Virus record (IMG/VR): IMGVR_UViG_3300033388_007730
Span: 155,189-219,188 of that record
Direction: 5' to 3' (one strand)
Length of the DNA: 64,000 nt
The notes under the pieces are model-generated. The model did no database searches. It was not told the origin of the DNA and saw nothing but the letters and a program-made list of their open reading frames with translations. Positions 56,881-64,000 of this stretch are shown here, piece after piece. The position numbers and the translations under genes were made by a program. Every line of letters starts with the position of its first letter. Position 1 is the first letter of the stretch.

Positions 56881-57561
56881 ATTACGTATTTTTTAGGCGA
56901 CTGTCATGGCAGTTTTAAGACTTATCATTATATCCTTTTTAACATGCAGCATAAAGGAGATAGGAAAGGTGTAGACTGTTCTTTTCAAGTTGGAGATATG
57001 GGGATAGGTTTTCCTGGGAAAGAATTTCCGTATCATAGAGATGGGAAAACTTGGTTTCCACCTATTGATAAAAATCATAAATTCATAAGGGGAAATCATG
57101 ATGATCCTGTAATGTGCAGTGAGCATCCTAATTGTGTTGATGACTGGGGTCATTTCCCTACTCCAGATATTTTTTGGATAAGTGGTGGTTTCTCTGTAGA
57201 TTATATGTACAGAACCCCTGACATTGACTTATGGGAATATGAGGAGTTAGAGGAGCATCAGTTTGAGCAAGCTATGGAACTTTATAAAAAAGTGAAACCT
57301 AGGATAATGGTTTCTCATGAAGGTCCACTTGTTATAAAATATGACGTTATAACTAACCCGATAAAGGAAGTAATTATTACTCGTACTGAGAGACATCTTC
57401 AAAAGATGTTTGAGGTTCATCAGCCAGAGTTTTGGATTTTTGGACATCATCACATAAGGAAAAATATTTGGGTTCAAGGAACTCAATTTGTTGCTCTTGG
57501 AGAGTTTAAGTTCGGAAAGATAAGTGATAGTATTTATGAGATGCCAAATTTAAAATGGTAG
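56881..57561 (+). CDS. Calcineurin-like metallophosphoesterase; start non-canonical
   Basis: GDCHG upstream of ATG 56944 in frame; QVGD.G, RGNHD, SH.P, FGHHH. Confidence 0.85.
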   Translation: MTYFLGDCHGSFKTYHYILFNMQHKGDRKGVDCSFQVGDMGIGFPGKEFPYHRDGKTWFPPIDKNHKFIRGNHDDPVMCSEHPNCVDDWGHFPTPDIFWISGGFSVDYMYRTPDIDLWEYEELEEHQFEQAMELYKKVKPRIMVSHEGPLVIKYDVITNPIKEVIITRTERHLQKMFEVHQPEFWIFGHHHIRKNIWVQGTQFVALGEFKFGKISDSIYEMPNLKW

Positions 57562-57573
57562 AAGGAAAGATGT

Positions 57574-58350
57574 ATGTTAGGTTCAATAATTGGTGATGTA
57601 ATTAGTTCTGTGTATGAGTGTAGCAAGACAAAAGAAATTGATTTTCTTTTGTTCAGCGAAAAGACAAAGTTTACAGATGATACTGTCTTAACTATAGCTA
57701 CTGCTTATGCTATAATAAAGAAAACAAATTTTGGATCTACATATAAAATATTTGTAAATGATTATCCAGACAGAGGTTATGGTGGGAAATTCCGTCAGTG
57801 GATGAAATCTGCTAGTCTCGAACCATACGATAGTTGGAGTAATGGCTCAGCTATGAGAGTTGGTTCTATTGGATTTGCTTTTAATAGTATAGAAGAGGTA
57901 TTGGCAGAAGCAAAGAGAAGTGTTGCTTGTACTCATAACCATCCAGAGGGCATTAAAGGTGCGCAAGCTATAGCTTTGGTTATATATCTTGCCCGTATGA
58001 GATATGGAAAGCTTGATATAAAGAAGATGATAACACATAATTTTGGTTATGATCTTGATAGAACAATAGATGAAATTAGACCAGATTATGCATTTAATGG
58101 ATCTTGTCAAGAGACAGTACCAGAAGCTATTATTGCTTTTTTAGATTCAACTGATTTTGAAAGTACTATTAGGTTGGCAATTTCTTTGGGTGGAGACAGT
58201 GATACTTTAGCTTGTATTGTTGGTGGAATTGCTGAAGCATATTATAATTTAATACCGATGAATATATCAGAGCCAGTAGTAGCTCTCTTATCAGATGAAT
58301 TTCAGCAAGTGATAGTTGATTTTTATAAATATTTGGGGGAGAAAAATTAA
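57574..58350 (+). CDS. ADP-ribosylglycohydrolase
   Basis: G.IIGD, FTDDT, NGSAMR, TH.HPEG, GGDSDT. Confidence 0.93.
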   Translation: MLGSIIGDVISSVYECSKTKEIDFLLFSEKTKFTDDTVLTIATAYAIIKKTNFGSTYKIFVNDYPDRGYGGKFRQWMKSASLEPYDSWSNGSAMRVGSIGFAFNSIEEVLAEAKRSVACTHNHPEGIKGAQAIALVIYLARMRYGKLDIKKMITHNFGYDLDRTIDEIRPDYAFNGSCQETVPEAIIAFLDSTDFESTIRLAISLGGDSDTLACIVGGIAEAYYNLIPMNISEPVVALLSDEFQQVIVDFYKYLGEKN

Positions 58351-58355
58351 GAGAA

Positions 58356-58679
58356 ATGAGATTAGAATATGCTGAAATGGGGCTGCATAATTTTCATATA
58401 GCATTAGGAACAACTTTAAGTGTTTTAGAACTTTATAATATTGAACGTTTTAGCAATAAGATGTATAGAAAAATTATTTATGGGACTACAGATCCTTTAG
58501 AAATAAGTGTATTGTCAGAAGTTTATGATAAACAATATAAAATGATATTTGATAAAGTTGATAAATTAGATTATATTATTATGAATATATGTAATGGAGA
58601 TGGATGGGAAAAATTATGTTCCTTTTTAGGGGATGACATTCCATCTGCTGAATTTCCACATTTGGGAAAAAGAAAATAA
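58356..58679 (+). CDS. Sulfotransferase-like C-terminal fragment
   Basis: GDGWEKLCSFLG..IP...FPH; PAPS-binding N-terminus absent. Confidence 0.55.
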   Translation: MRLEYAEMGLHNFHIALGTTLSVLELYNIERFSNKMYRKIIYGTTDPLEISVLSEVYDKQYKMIFDKVDKLDYIIMNICNGDGWEKLCSFLGDDIPSAEFPHLGKRK

Positions 58680-59194
58680 TGAATAATGAAGAAAAATTAA
58701 AATTACAGATGTCATCTGATAGAGAATGGGCTAGAATGAGAGATCATCAAGCTGCTTTATTAAGTATATTGACTATGAGAAAGCCTTCCGAATTAGATGT
58801 TCTTTGGAGCATGGGGTGTATAGGATTAATTTATGGTGATTTAATGCTCTACAAAGAAAATTTTGGGGAAGAAAGCATTAAGAAAGAATTAGATCATATT
58901 AATAAAAATCCCAAGGGTAAATTAGAAAGTTTTTCAGAGGATATAGATGCTTTCTCTAAGTTATTTGATGTAGATGTCAGCGTGGAAGATAAACAAAGTG
59001 TTATGGAGAAGATGCGCAAAAGATTATGGATTGGTGTAATAGGTGAAGAAAGTAGACTAAATTATCTTGTTAATAATTTTGGTGATGTCAGAGATGAAAT
59101 GGATATAATGTTTATTTATAAATGCGTTGCTCTGGTGTGTTTTGAATTAAAGATAAGAGAGATAGAGATTAAGATACTAGAGGGAGATTTCTAA
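58679..59194 (+). CDS. Helical hypothetical protein, likely paralog of 60521
   Basis: DR.W...R ... W ... E...REI..LE pattern in both. Confidence 0.6.
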   Translation: MNNEEKLKLQMSSDREWARMRDHQAALLSILTMRKPSELDVLWSMGCIGLIYGDLMLYKENFGEESIKKELDHINKNPKGKLESFSEDIDAFSKLFDVDVSVEDKQSVMEKMRKRLWIGVIGEESRLNYLVNNFGDVRDEMDIMFIYKCVALVCFELKIREIEIKILEGDF

Positions 59195-59209
59195 TTCCAC
59201 CAGAGTGAA
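59193..59209 (+). repeat. Intergenic repeat copy 3 (one mismatch)
   Basis: aattccaccagagtgaa. Confidence 0.75.
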
Positions 59210-59262
59210 TTTTTTTAAAACTTATATATTGAGAATATGTTTATTTGAAAGGCTTTTAGAGT

Positions 59263-59664
59263 ATGGATGTTAAAGAGTATAACAAGCACAAAGACGCATT
59301 TAAAGAATATTACACAGATTTAGAGAAAGCTGTTAAAGTATTACAGGAAAAATATTCTCCAGGTTATGATGATGGTACAAAAATAGAAAGTTTTGATTTT
59401 GACGCAGAAATAGTGCATGTGCAGTATGAGCGACATCCTAATTGTGGCTGTTGTGGCAGCGATTATGATGGAGATGAATTGCCTATAGATATTGCTACAC
59501 CAGAAGGACTTGAAAGGTATATTAAGGAAAGAGATGAAGAAATAAAAAGATATAAGGAGAATGAAAAAGCAAGAAAAAGGAGAGAGGAAAGGCAGAAAAA
59601 AATTGCTGCTGAAGAGGCGAGAAGAAAAACATACGAAGAATTAAAGGCGGAATTTGATGATTAA
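59263..59664 (+). CDS. Hypothetical protein with coiled-coil tail
   Basis: CGCC; ends YEELKAEF. Confidence 0.7.
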   Translation: MDVKEYNKHKDAFKEYYTDLEKAVKVLQEKYSPGYDDGTKIESFDFDAEIVHVQYERHPNCGCCGSDYDGDELPIDIATPEGLERYIKERDEEIKRYKENEKARKRREERQKKIAAEEARRKTYEELKAEFDD

Positions 59665-60052
59665 ATATGAATATCATGGAACGAAAGAACAAGGACAGTT
59701 AGACAATATTACTGTCGCTGTAAAAGAAGCTCATCATTATGGTGCTAGTATCAATTGTGATTTAACACATGTTGAGAGACATAGCCCAGATGGGTTCCAA
59801 TGGGGATATGGGGGAAGTGGTCCTGCTGATCTGGCATTATCTATCTTAATTCATTTTTGTAAAAAAAGAGATTTATTACCAGAAGTTGCTGAGAAATACT
59901 ATCAAGAGTTTAAAGCTGCTTTTATTGTCCCTGCTGACAATGAACTAAAAATAACATGTAAGGATATAGCTAGATGGCTAGCTGATAAAGATCCTCAATT
60001 GGAAGATGTATTGTTTGAAGAAAGAAAGGATGATTATGAACAGAAGGCATAA
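59654..60052 (+). CDS. DUF6166-like protein
   Basis: HSPDGFQWGYGGSGPADLALSIL, YQ.FK. Confidence 0.75.
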   Translation: MMIKYEYHGTKEQGQLDNITVAVKEAHHYGASINCDLTHVERHSPDGFQWGYGGSGPADLALSILIHFCKKRDLLPEVAEKYYQEFKAAFIVPADNELKITCKDIARWLADKDPQLEDVLFEERKDDYEQKA

Positions 60053-60506
60053 GGGAAAAATGGATATAGAGATAGATGGATTTGTGATATTCTTAATAGG
60101 GGTATTTGTTGTACTCCCTCTTGCAAGAACCGTCATAAATAAATTTCCAGGTGGAAGTGAATCTCCAGTATCAGAGGTAAGAGATGGAGAAACACCTGTA
60201 GAAGTTATTGCTGATGAGCTTGTCTCTACAACTTCTTCGGCTGTATTTGCTAAGTTTAAGTCAATAGATTTATCTAGTGGAGAGAAAGTTGCTAATATCA
60301 ATGAAGGTGTTAGATTTAATGTAGAAGATGATGTAGTAAAAGTGACTTCTAAATCTCCTAGCGGAGAAGAAGGAAAATTAGAGATTAAAAAGTATTTAAG
60401 GAATAGGTATGTTGGTGCTGTCTTTAATGAAGAAGGAACGTGGGAAATTACGTTTTACGACAAAGATGGTTTTGCATTAAATTGGCATAAAATAAGTGTT
60501 TATTAA
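60006..60506 (+). CDS. Membrane-anchored hypothetical protein
   Basis: Single TM segment; true start probably downstream (60036 or 60060). Confidence 0.6.
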   Translation: MYCLKKERMIMNRRHKGKMDIEIDGFVIFLIGVFVVLPLARTVINKFPGGSESPVSEVRDGETPVEVIADELVSTTSSAVFAKFKSIDLSSGEKVANINEGVRFNVEDDVVKVTSKSPSGEEGKLEIKKYLRNRYVGAVFNEEGTWEITFYDKDGFALNWHKISVY

Positions 60507-60520
60507 GGAGGAGTGTTATA

Positions 60521-61036
60521 ATGCAAAATAATGATCCTTATATGCAACATATGATAGCTACAACTGATCGTTTGTGGATAGAGTTAAGAGAATATAACAA
60601 AGATATTGTTGATTATTTGAGTGGTGATGACAATATTGATTTTGAAGTTATTAACAAGATATTGCATATCTCACTTAGACTAATCATCTCTGAATTATTG
60701 GTTAATAAAGAAGAGTATGAGAAATATCCAGTGAAAAATTTGGATATTGATGAATTCATTCAATTGACTATTGTAGATTCTGGTAAAAAGAAGTTTGATT
60801 ATAATAACCAGGAAGAATGTGAAAAGTTTATGGAGGAGATTAGAGCAATAATATGGGGGTATATCAAACAGTATTATGAGGAATTAAGTGATATTATTAT
60901 TGCTGTAATCGGAGATAAGAGTAGGCAACTAACACAGAGTAATTATGATCGTTTAACGGAGTGTGTCTGTGTAGCGTATATTGAATCTAATTTTAGAAAA
61001 AGAGAAATACACTTTTTAGAAAGAGAATTTGAGTAA
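60521..61036 (+). CDS. Helical hypothetical protein
   Basis: AGGAGG RBS. Confidence 0.7.
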   Translation: MQNNDPYMQHMIATTDRLWIELREYNKDIVDYLSGDDNIDFEVINKILHISLRLIISELLVNKEEYEKYPVKNLDIDEFIQLTIVDSGKKKFDYNNQEECEKFMEEIRAIIWGYIKQYYEELSDIIIAVIGDKSRQLTQSNYDRLTECVCVAYIESNFRKREIHFLEREFE

Positions 61037-61524
61037 TGCAGGAAAATGGTGATGAATTTCGTTTAAATCCGGAGTGGGAATCAATTGCAAATGAGAAAAA
61101 TGTTTTTGGTATGGCTACTGCTCTGTATTCAGATTTAAAGCAACATATGTTTAGTGGAGCATTTATTCCTCAAGAGTCAATCAGTCAGTTGATGCTTGTT
61201 GTGCAAAAAGTTTTGTATAATGATTTTGGGTGGAATGAGGGAGAGTTAAAAGCTTTAGATGATAAATTCGAGGAGTTAAACCAATATTATCTAGATAAAA
61301 TAGAGGGGTCTCATTCTCTACCACCTGCGGCGTTGATGGTTGCTCCTAATTCAATATCGACTGAAATGATGCCAGGAACAACTCATATTCATATGGAAAT
61401 TGTTAAGAATAGGAAGAACAGGAGTAAAATGTCATTTGTTAAAGACACTGTTATAGTGTTTTTTGAGATTGCAGTTTGTTGTTTGGCAATAATTGGATTG
61501 ATGGCTTTGATAGGACTTATATAG
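61036..61524 (+). CDS. Hypothetical protein with C-terminal TM helix
   Basis: TAATG overlap. Confidence 0.65.
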   Translation: MQENGDEFRLNPEWESIANEKNVFGMATALYSDLKQHMFSGAFIPQESISQLMLVVQKVLYNDFGWNEGELKALDDKFEELNQYYLDKIEGSHSLPPAALMVAPNSISTEMMPGTTHIHMEIVKNRKNRSKMSFVKDTVIVFFEIAVCCLAIIGLMALIGLI

Positions 61525-61784
61525 TGGATGAAGAGAAAAAAACTCTAAAAAAAGTAATGCCTTATGAATTTGACTCTTGCTCTTATGATGACACAAGAGC
61601 ATATAAGATGAAAGATGTTCTTGTTGGTGAAGAGCATTGTTCATTATTTGATCAGGATGAATATCAGCCATGGCCTGGGACTCATAAAAATGTGTATTTT
61701 TGGGTAGAGTTAGAGAATGGATATTCTGTAGGTTGGAATGAAAATCCTGCGAGAGGGTGGAGCTTTCCAGTTATAAAATCATAA
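61476..61784 (+). CDS. Hypothetical phage protein
   Basis: WPG.HKNV..W..LENG..VGWNENP.RGWSF; start uncertain. Confidence 0.6.
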   Translation: MLFGNNWIDGFDRTYIVDEEKKTLKKVMPYEFDSCSYDDTRAYKMKDVLVGEEHCSLFDQDEYQPWPGTHKNVYFWVELENGYSVGWNENPARGWSFPVIKS

Positions 61785-61800
61785 TAAATACTTTATTTGA

Positions 61801-61840
61801 GGGGTAATATGGTGTTTTTTACAGCTATAGCCCCTTTTTT
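61801..61840 (+). terminator. Terminator-like hairpin
   Basis: gggg...cccc imperfect stem plus T6. Confidence 0.55.
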
Positions 61841-61868
61841 AATTCCGCCAGAGTGAAAAAAATTATAA
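61841..61868 (+). repeat. Intergenic repeat copy 4
   Basis: aattccgccagagtgaaaaaaattataa. Confidence 0.85.
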
Positions 61869-61908
61869 CTAATATATTGTAAATGATAATTTTTGAAAAG
61901 GAATGTAA

Positions 61909-63447
61909 ATGGCAGTTAAGAAAAAAAGAAAAATAAATCTGGTAAAAGCTTTATCAAGAGCAGTTGTTGAGAAAGATGTAGAAAATGCCTACAGAAATGC
62001 CTTTGAAAGTGAATTCCCAGGATACATTTCCTCTCCTTTTGGAAGTGATGGTATTTTGAGAAATCATGTCGTTACTTCGACATTAGAATTTAAATATGAT
62101 TTGAATATGAGAAATTCATTTCAACAAGCTGGAGTTATTCTCCAATCAGTGTATTACTTGAAGAAAATAGAAACAAGTGGAGAAGCATTGCCGAAAGCAG
62201 TATTTGTAGGTGATGTTAATGAGTGTTTTGTGGTTCCTGTTGCTTCAGTTTCTAAATATCTTAAGTATAAGGTAAATTGGGATATAGCACCTTCATCTGC
62301 GGCAAAAAAGAACTCAGATTTGGTGAAAGAAATTGCTCAAAATAAAGATATTGAACCTTTTATCTATGATATAGATAAGAATTTTGATTTCTTATCTGTC
62401 GTGGAGAAAATGAAAAATATTTCTCTTGATAAACCTTATGCCGTTACAATCACAAAGAATAATATTCTGGAGATATTTAAGCGTTTTGAAAAAGACGTAG
62501 TAAAAGATAAGTATTATACGACAAAAACAATTTTTGATGAAGATAAAAGAATATCGGAGTTAGCGGATCTGTTTTTTACTTGTTTAACTGCTCCGAAAGA
62601 AGTGTTTTTACATCCTAACAAGAAAAATAAAATGATTGTTAGGGGAAAAGAGATTAGAGTTAATTCCAAAAATTATAGGATATTCTTTTCTCAGTTTAGA
62701 CAAGAATACACTCCTGTTGAGTTAGAAGCAATAACAGCTAATAAAGATAGGATATTGGAAGATACTCATCGTCGTAGAACTGGAGCATTTTTTACTCCTG
62801 ATATTTGGGTAGCAGAAGCACATAAAATGATAGCAGAGCAGTTTGGTGAAAATTGGAAAGAAGAGTATGTTGTATGGGATTGTGCTTGTGGGACTGCTAA
62901 TCTTACAAGGGGGTATAAATTCAAAGAACTCTATATCTCTACAATAGATCAGAGTGATATAAATACAATAGGGGATTGTGGGTATAATCCAGAAGCAACT
63001 GTGTTTCAGTATGACTTTCTTGATGAGATAGGTGTTGATAGAGTTCCTGATGGTTTGAGAAAAGCATTTGAAGATGGGAAGAAAGTGTTGTTTCTTATCA
63101 ATCCACCGTATGGAGCAGGTGGAGAAGTTGGGGGCAATTCTAAAAAAGATATAGGAAAAAGTCTTATAAATTCCATAATGTTGGAAGATAATATGAGATT
63201 TGCTTCAAAACAACTATATACTCAATTTATATATAAAATTACTAAATTGAAAGAAAAATATAACTGCAAAATAGCGAATACAATTTTTGCTCCACCTTTA
63301 TTCATGACTGGTTCGGATTTCTCTAATTTTAGAGAAGTATTTTATAATAATTTTGAGTTTAGGAATGGTATGCTTTTTAAAGCAAGTCATTTTGCTGATG
63401 TAAAATCTCAATGGGGAATATCTTTTACAATTTGGGAGAGTAAATAA
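61909..63447 (+). CDS. Type IIG-like restriction-modification protein: N6-adenine methyltransferase with putative N-terminal nuclease
   Basis: SDG...LEFK; GAFFTP, VWDCACGTANL, INPPY. Confidence 0.8.
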   Translation: MAVKKKRKINLVKALSRAVVEKDVENAYRNAFESEFPGYISSPFGSDGILRNHVVTSTLEFKYDLNMRNSFQQAGVILQSVYYLKKIETSGEALPKAVFVGDVNECFVVPVASVSKYLKYKVNWDIAPSSAAKKNSDLVKEIAQNKDIEPFIYDIDKNFDFLSVVEKMKNISLDKPYAVTITKNNILEIFKRFEKDVVKDKYYTTKTIFDEDKRISELADLFFTCLTAPKEVFLHPNKKNKMIVRGKEIRVNSKNYRIFFSQFRQEYTPVELEAITANKDRILEDTHRRRTGAFFTPDIWVAEAHKMIAEQFGENWKEEYVVWDCACGTANLTRGYKFKELYISTIDQSDINTIGDCGYNPEATVFQYDFLDEIGVDRVPDGLRKAFEDGKKVLFLINPPYGAGGEVGGNSKKDIGKSLINSIMLEDNMRFASKQLYTQFIYKITKLKEKYNCKIANTIFAPPLFMTGSDFSNFREVFYNNFEFRNGMLFKASHFADVKSQWGISFTIWESK

Positions 63448-64000
63448 TGGAAAAAATTAAATTGAAAAAAGTGTTATTTATAAAAGACATTGATACTAAC
63501 ACTTATGCAGTTGAAATTATTGGGACAAAAGAGATGTATAGTTCTAATGGTAATAGTTCTTCTAAATGGATCAGAGAAGAAGTAAAAGGTATTGCTAAAA
63601 GCGAATGTGTAGTATTGACAAATGCTGTAAATATAAAAAATAAAAAGTTGGTTAAAAATCCTACAATGATTAAAAATGCACTCGGATTTTTTCATAATAA
63701 TGCTAATGCGGTTTATCATAATACTAGTTTTGTGGGAATTTACTCGTCCCCGATAGATACAAGTAATGGTCTTTCTATCGTCCCCGAAAATTATAAAAAG
63801 GTAATAGCTCTTTTCACTGCAAGAAAAAGTATCAAACTTGACTGGATTAACTGTAAGGATGAATACCTTGTCCCCAACACTGAGCATTCAGATTATGAGC
63901 AATGGAATAATGACTGCATAATCTATAGTCTCTTCAATAATTCTTCTCAACAAAGTAGTTTGAGAGATATAGACTATAAAGATAAGAAGTGGGACATTAT
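63447..64000 (+). CDS. Probable C-terminal/specificity partner of the methyltransferase (runs off window)
   Basis: TAATG overlap; frame appears open to window end. Confidence 0.6.
   Translation, partial: MEKIKLKKVLFIKDIDTNTYAVEIIGTKEMYSSNGNSSSKWIREEVKGIAKSECVVLTNAVNIKNKKLVKNPTMIKNALGFFHNNANAVYHNTSFVGIYSSPIDTSNGLSIVPENYKKVIALFTARKSIKLDWINCKDEYLVPNTEHSDYEQWNNDCIIYSLFNNSSQQSSLRDIDYKDKKWDI

Noticed and set aside
55642-56903. Group I intron in the metallophosphoesterase
   Set aside because: U/G junctions fit, but no catalytic core is visible and the interval is filled by two ORFs with their own RBSs; kept only as an insertion scar.
138-63887. Many short antisense or nested alternative-frame ORFs in the track (e.g. 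1949, 4889, 18284, 44710, 53117, 63474)
   Set aside because: They overlap better-supported genes and lack RBSs or recognisable motifs.
1-64000. CRISPR array or tRNA genes
   Set aside because: No regularly spaced repeat-spacer units; the only tRNA-like fold seen is the tmRNA.
1-64000. Genome-wide stop-codon reassignment
   Set aside because: Conserved genes are intact in code 11 and end at TAA, TAG and TGA with tight gene packing.

Overview
AT-rich (roughly 30% GC by eye), densely coding, mostly plus-strand segment that reads as part of a very large (jumbo/huge) bacteriophage genome in standard genetic code 11. Evidence for this: tmRNA, two tandem sigma-70-like factors, thyX, dCMP deaminase, SSB, RuvC-like resolvase, many ORFans, inteins and free-standing homing endonucleases. 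A dockerin-like protein and an FmdB-type zinc ribbon hint at a Planctomycetota host (inference). Main observations: (1) a short peptide motif, consensus [RK]-F-[DES]-[ILM]-[ILM]-D-[LFI]-[DE], recurs in 12 otherwise unrelated ORFans, mostly as the last residues, and in two genes it is reached only through a -1 shift at an identical T TTT TTG site, which suggests a shared docking/targeting tag; (2) two natural split inteins (RNA ligase; AAA+ ATPase with a 24-aa IntN and an intervening endonuclease) plus a contiguous intein at the catalytic site of a papain-like protease; (3) a large RNA-repair/translation-rescue set (three RNA ligases, Ro60/TROVE, CCA-adding enzyme, tmRNA lacking encoded CCA); (4) a phage-borne Cph1/Rcp1-type two-component system; (5) two promoter classes and a 4-copy intergenic repeat; (6) a poly-Ser, Cys-rich protein next to glycosyltransferases; (7) a truncated TnpB with an intact IS605-type right end. 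All functional calls come from motif recognition by eye; no database search was run.
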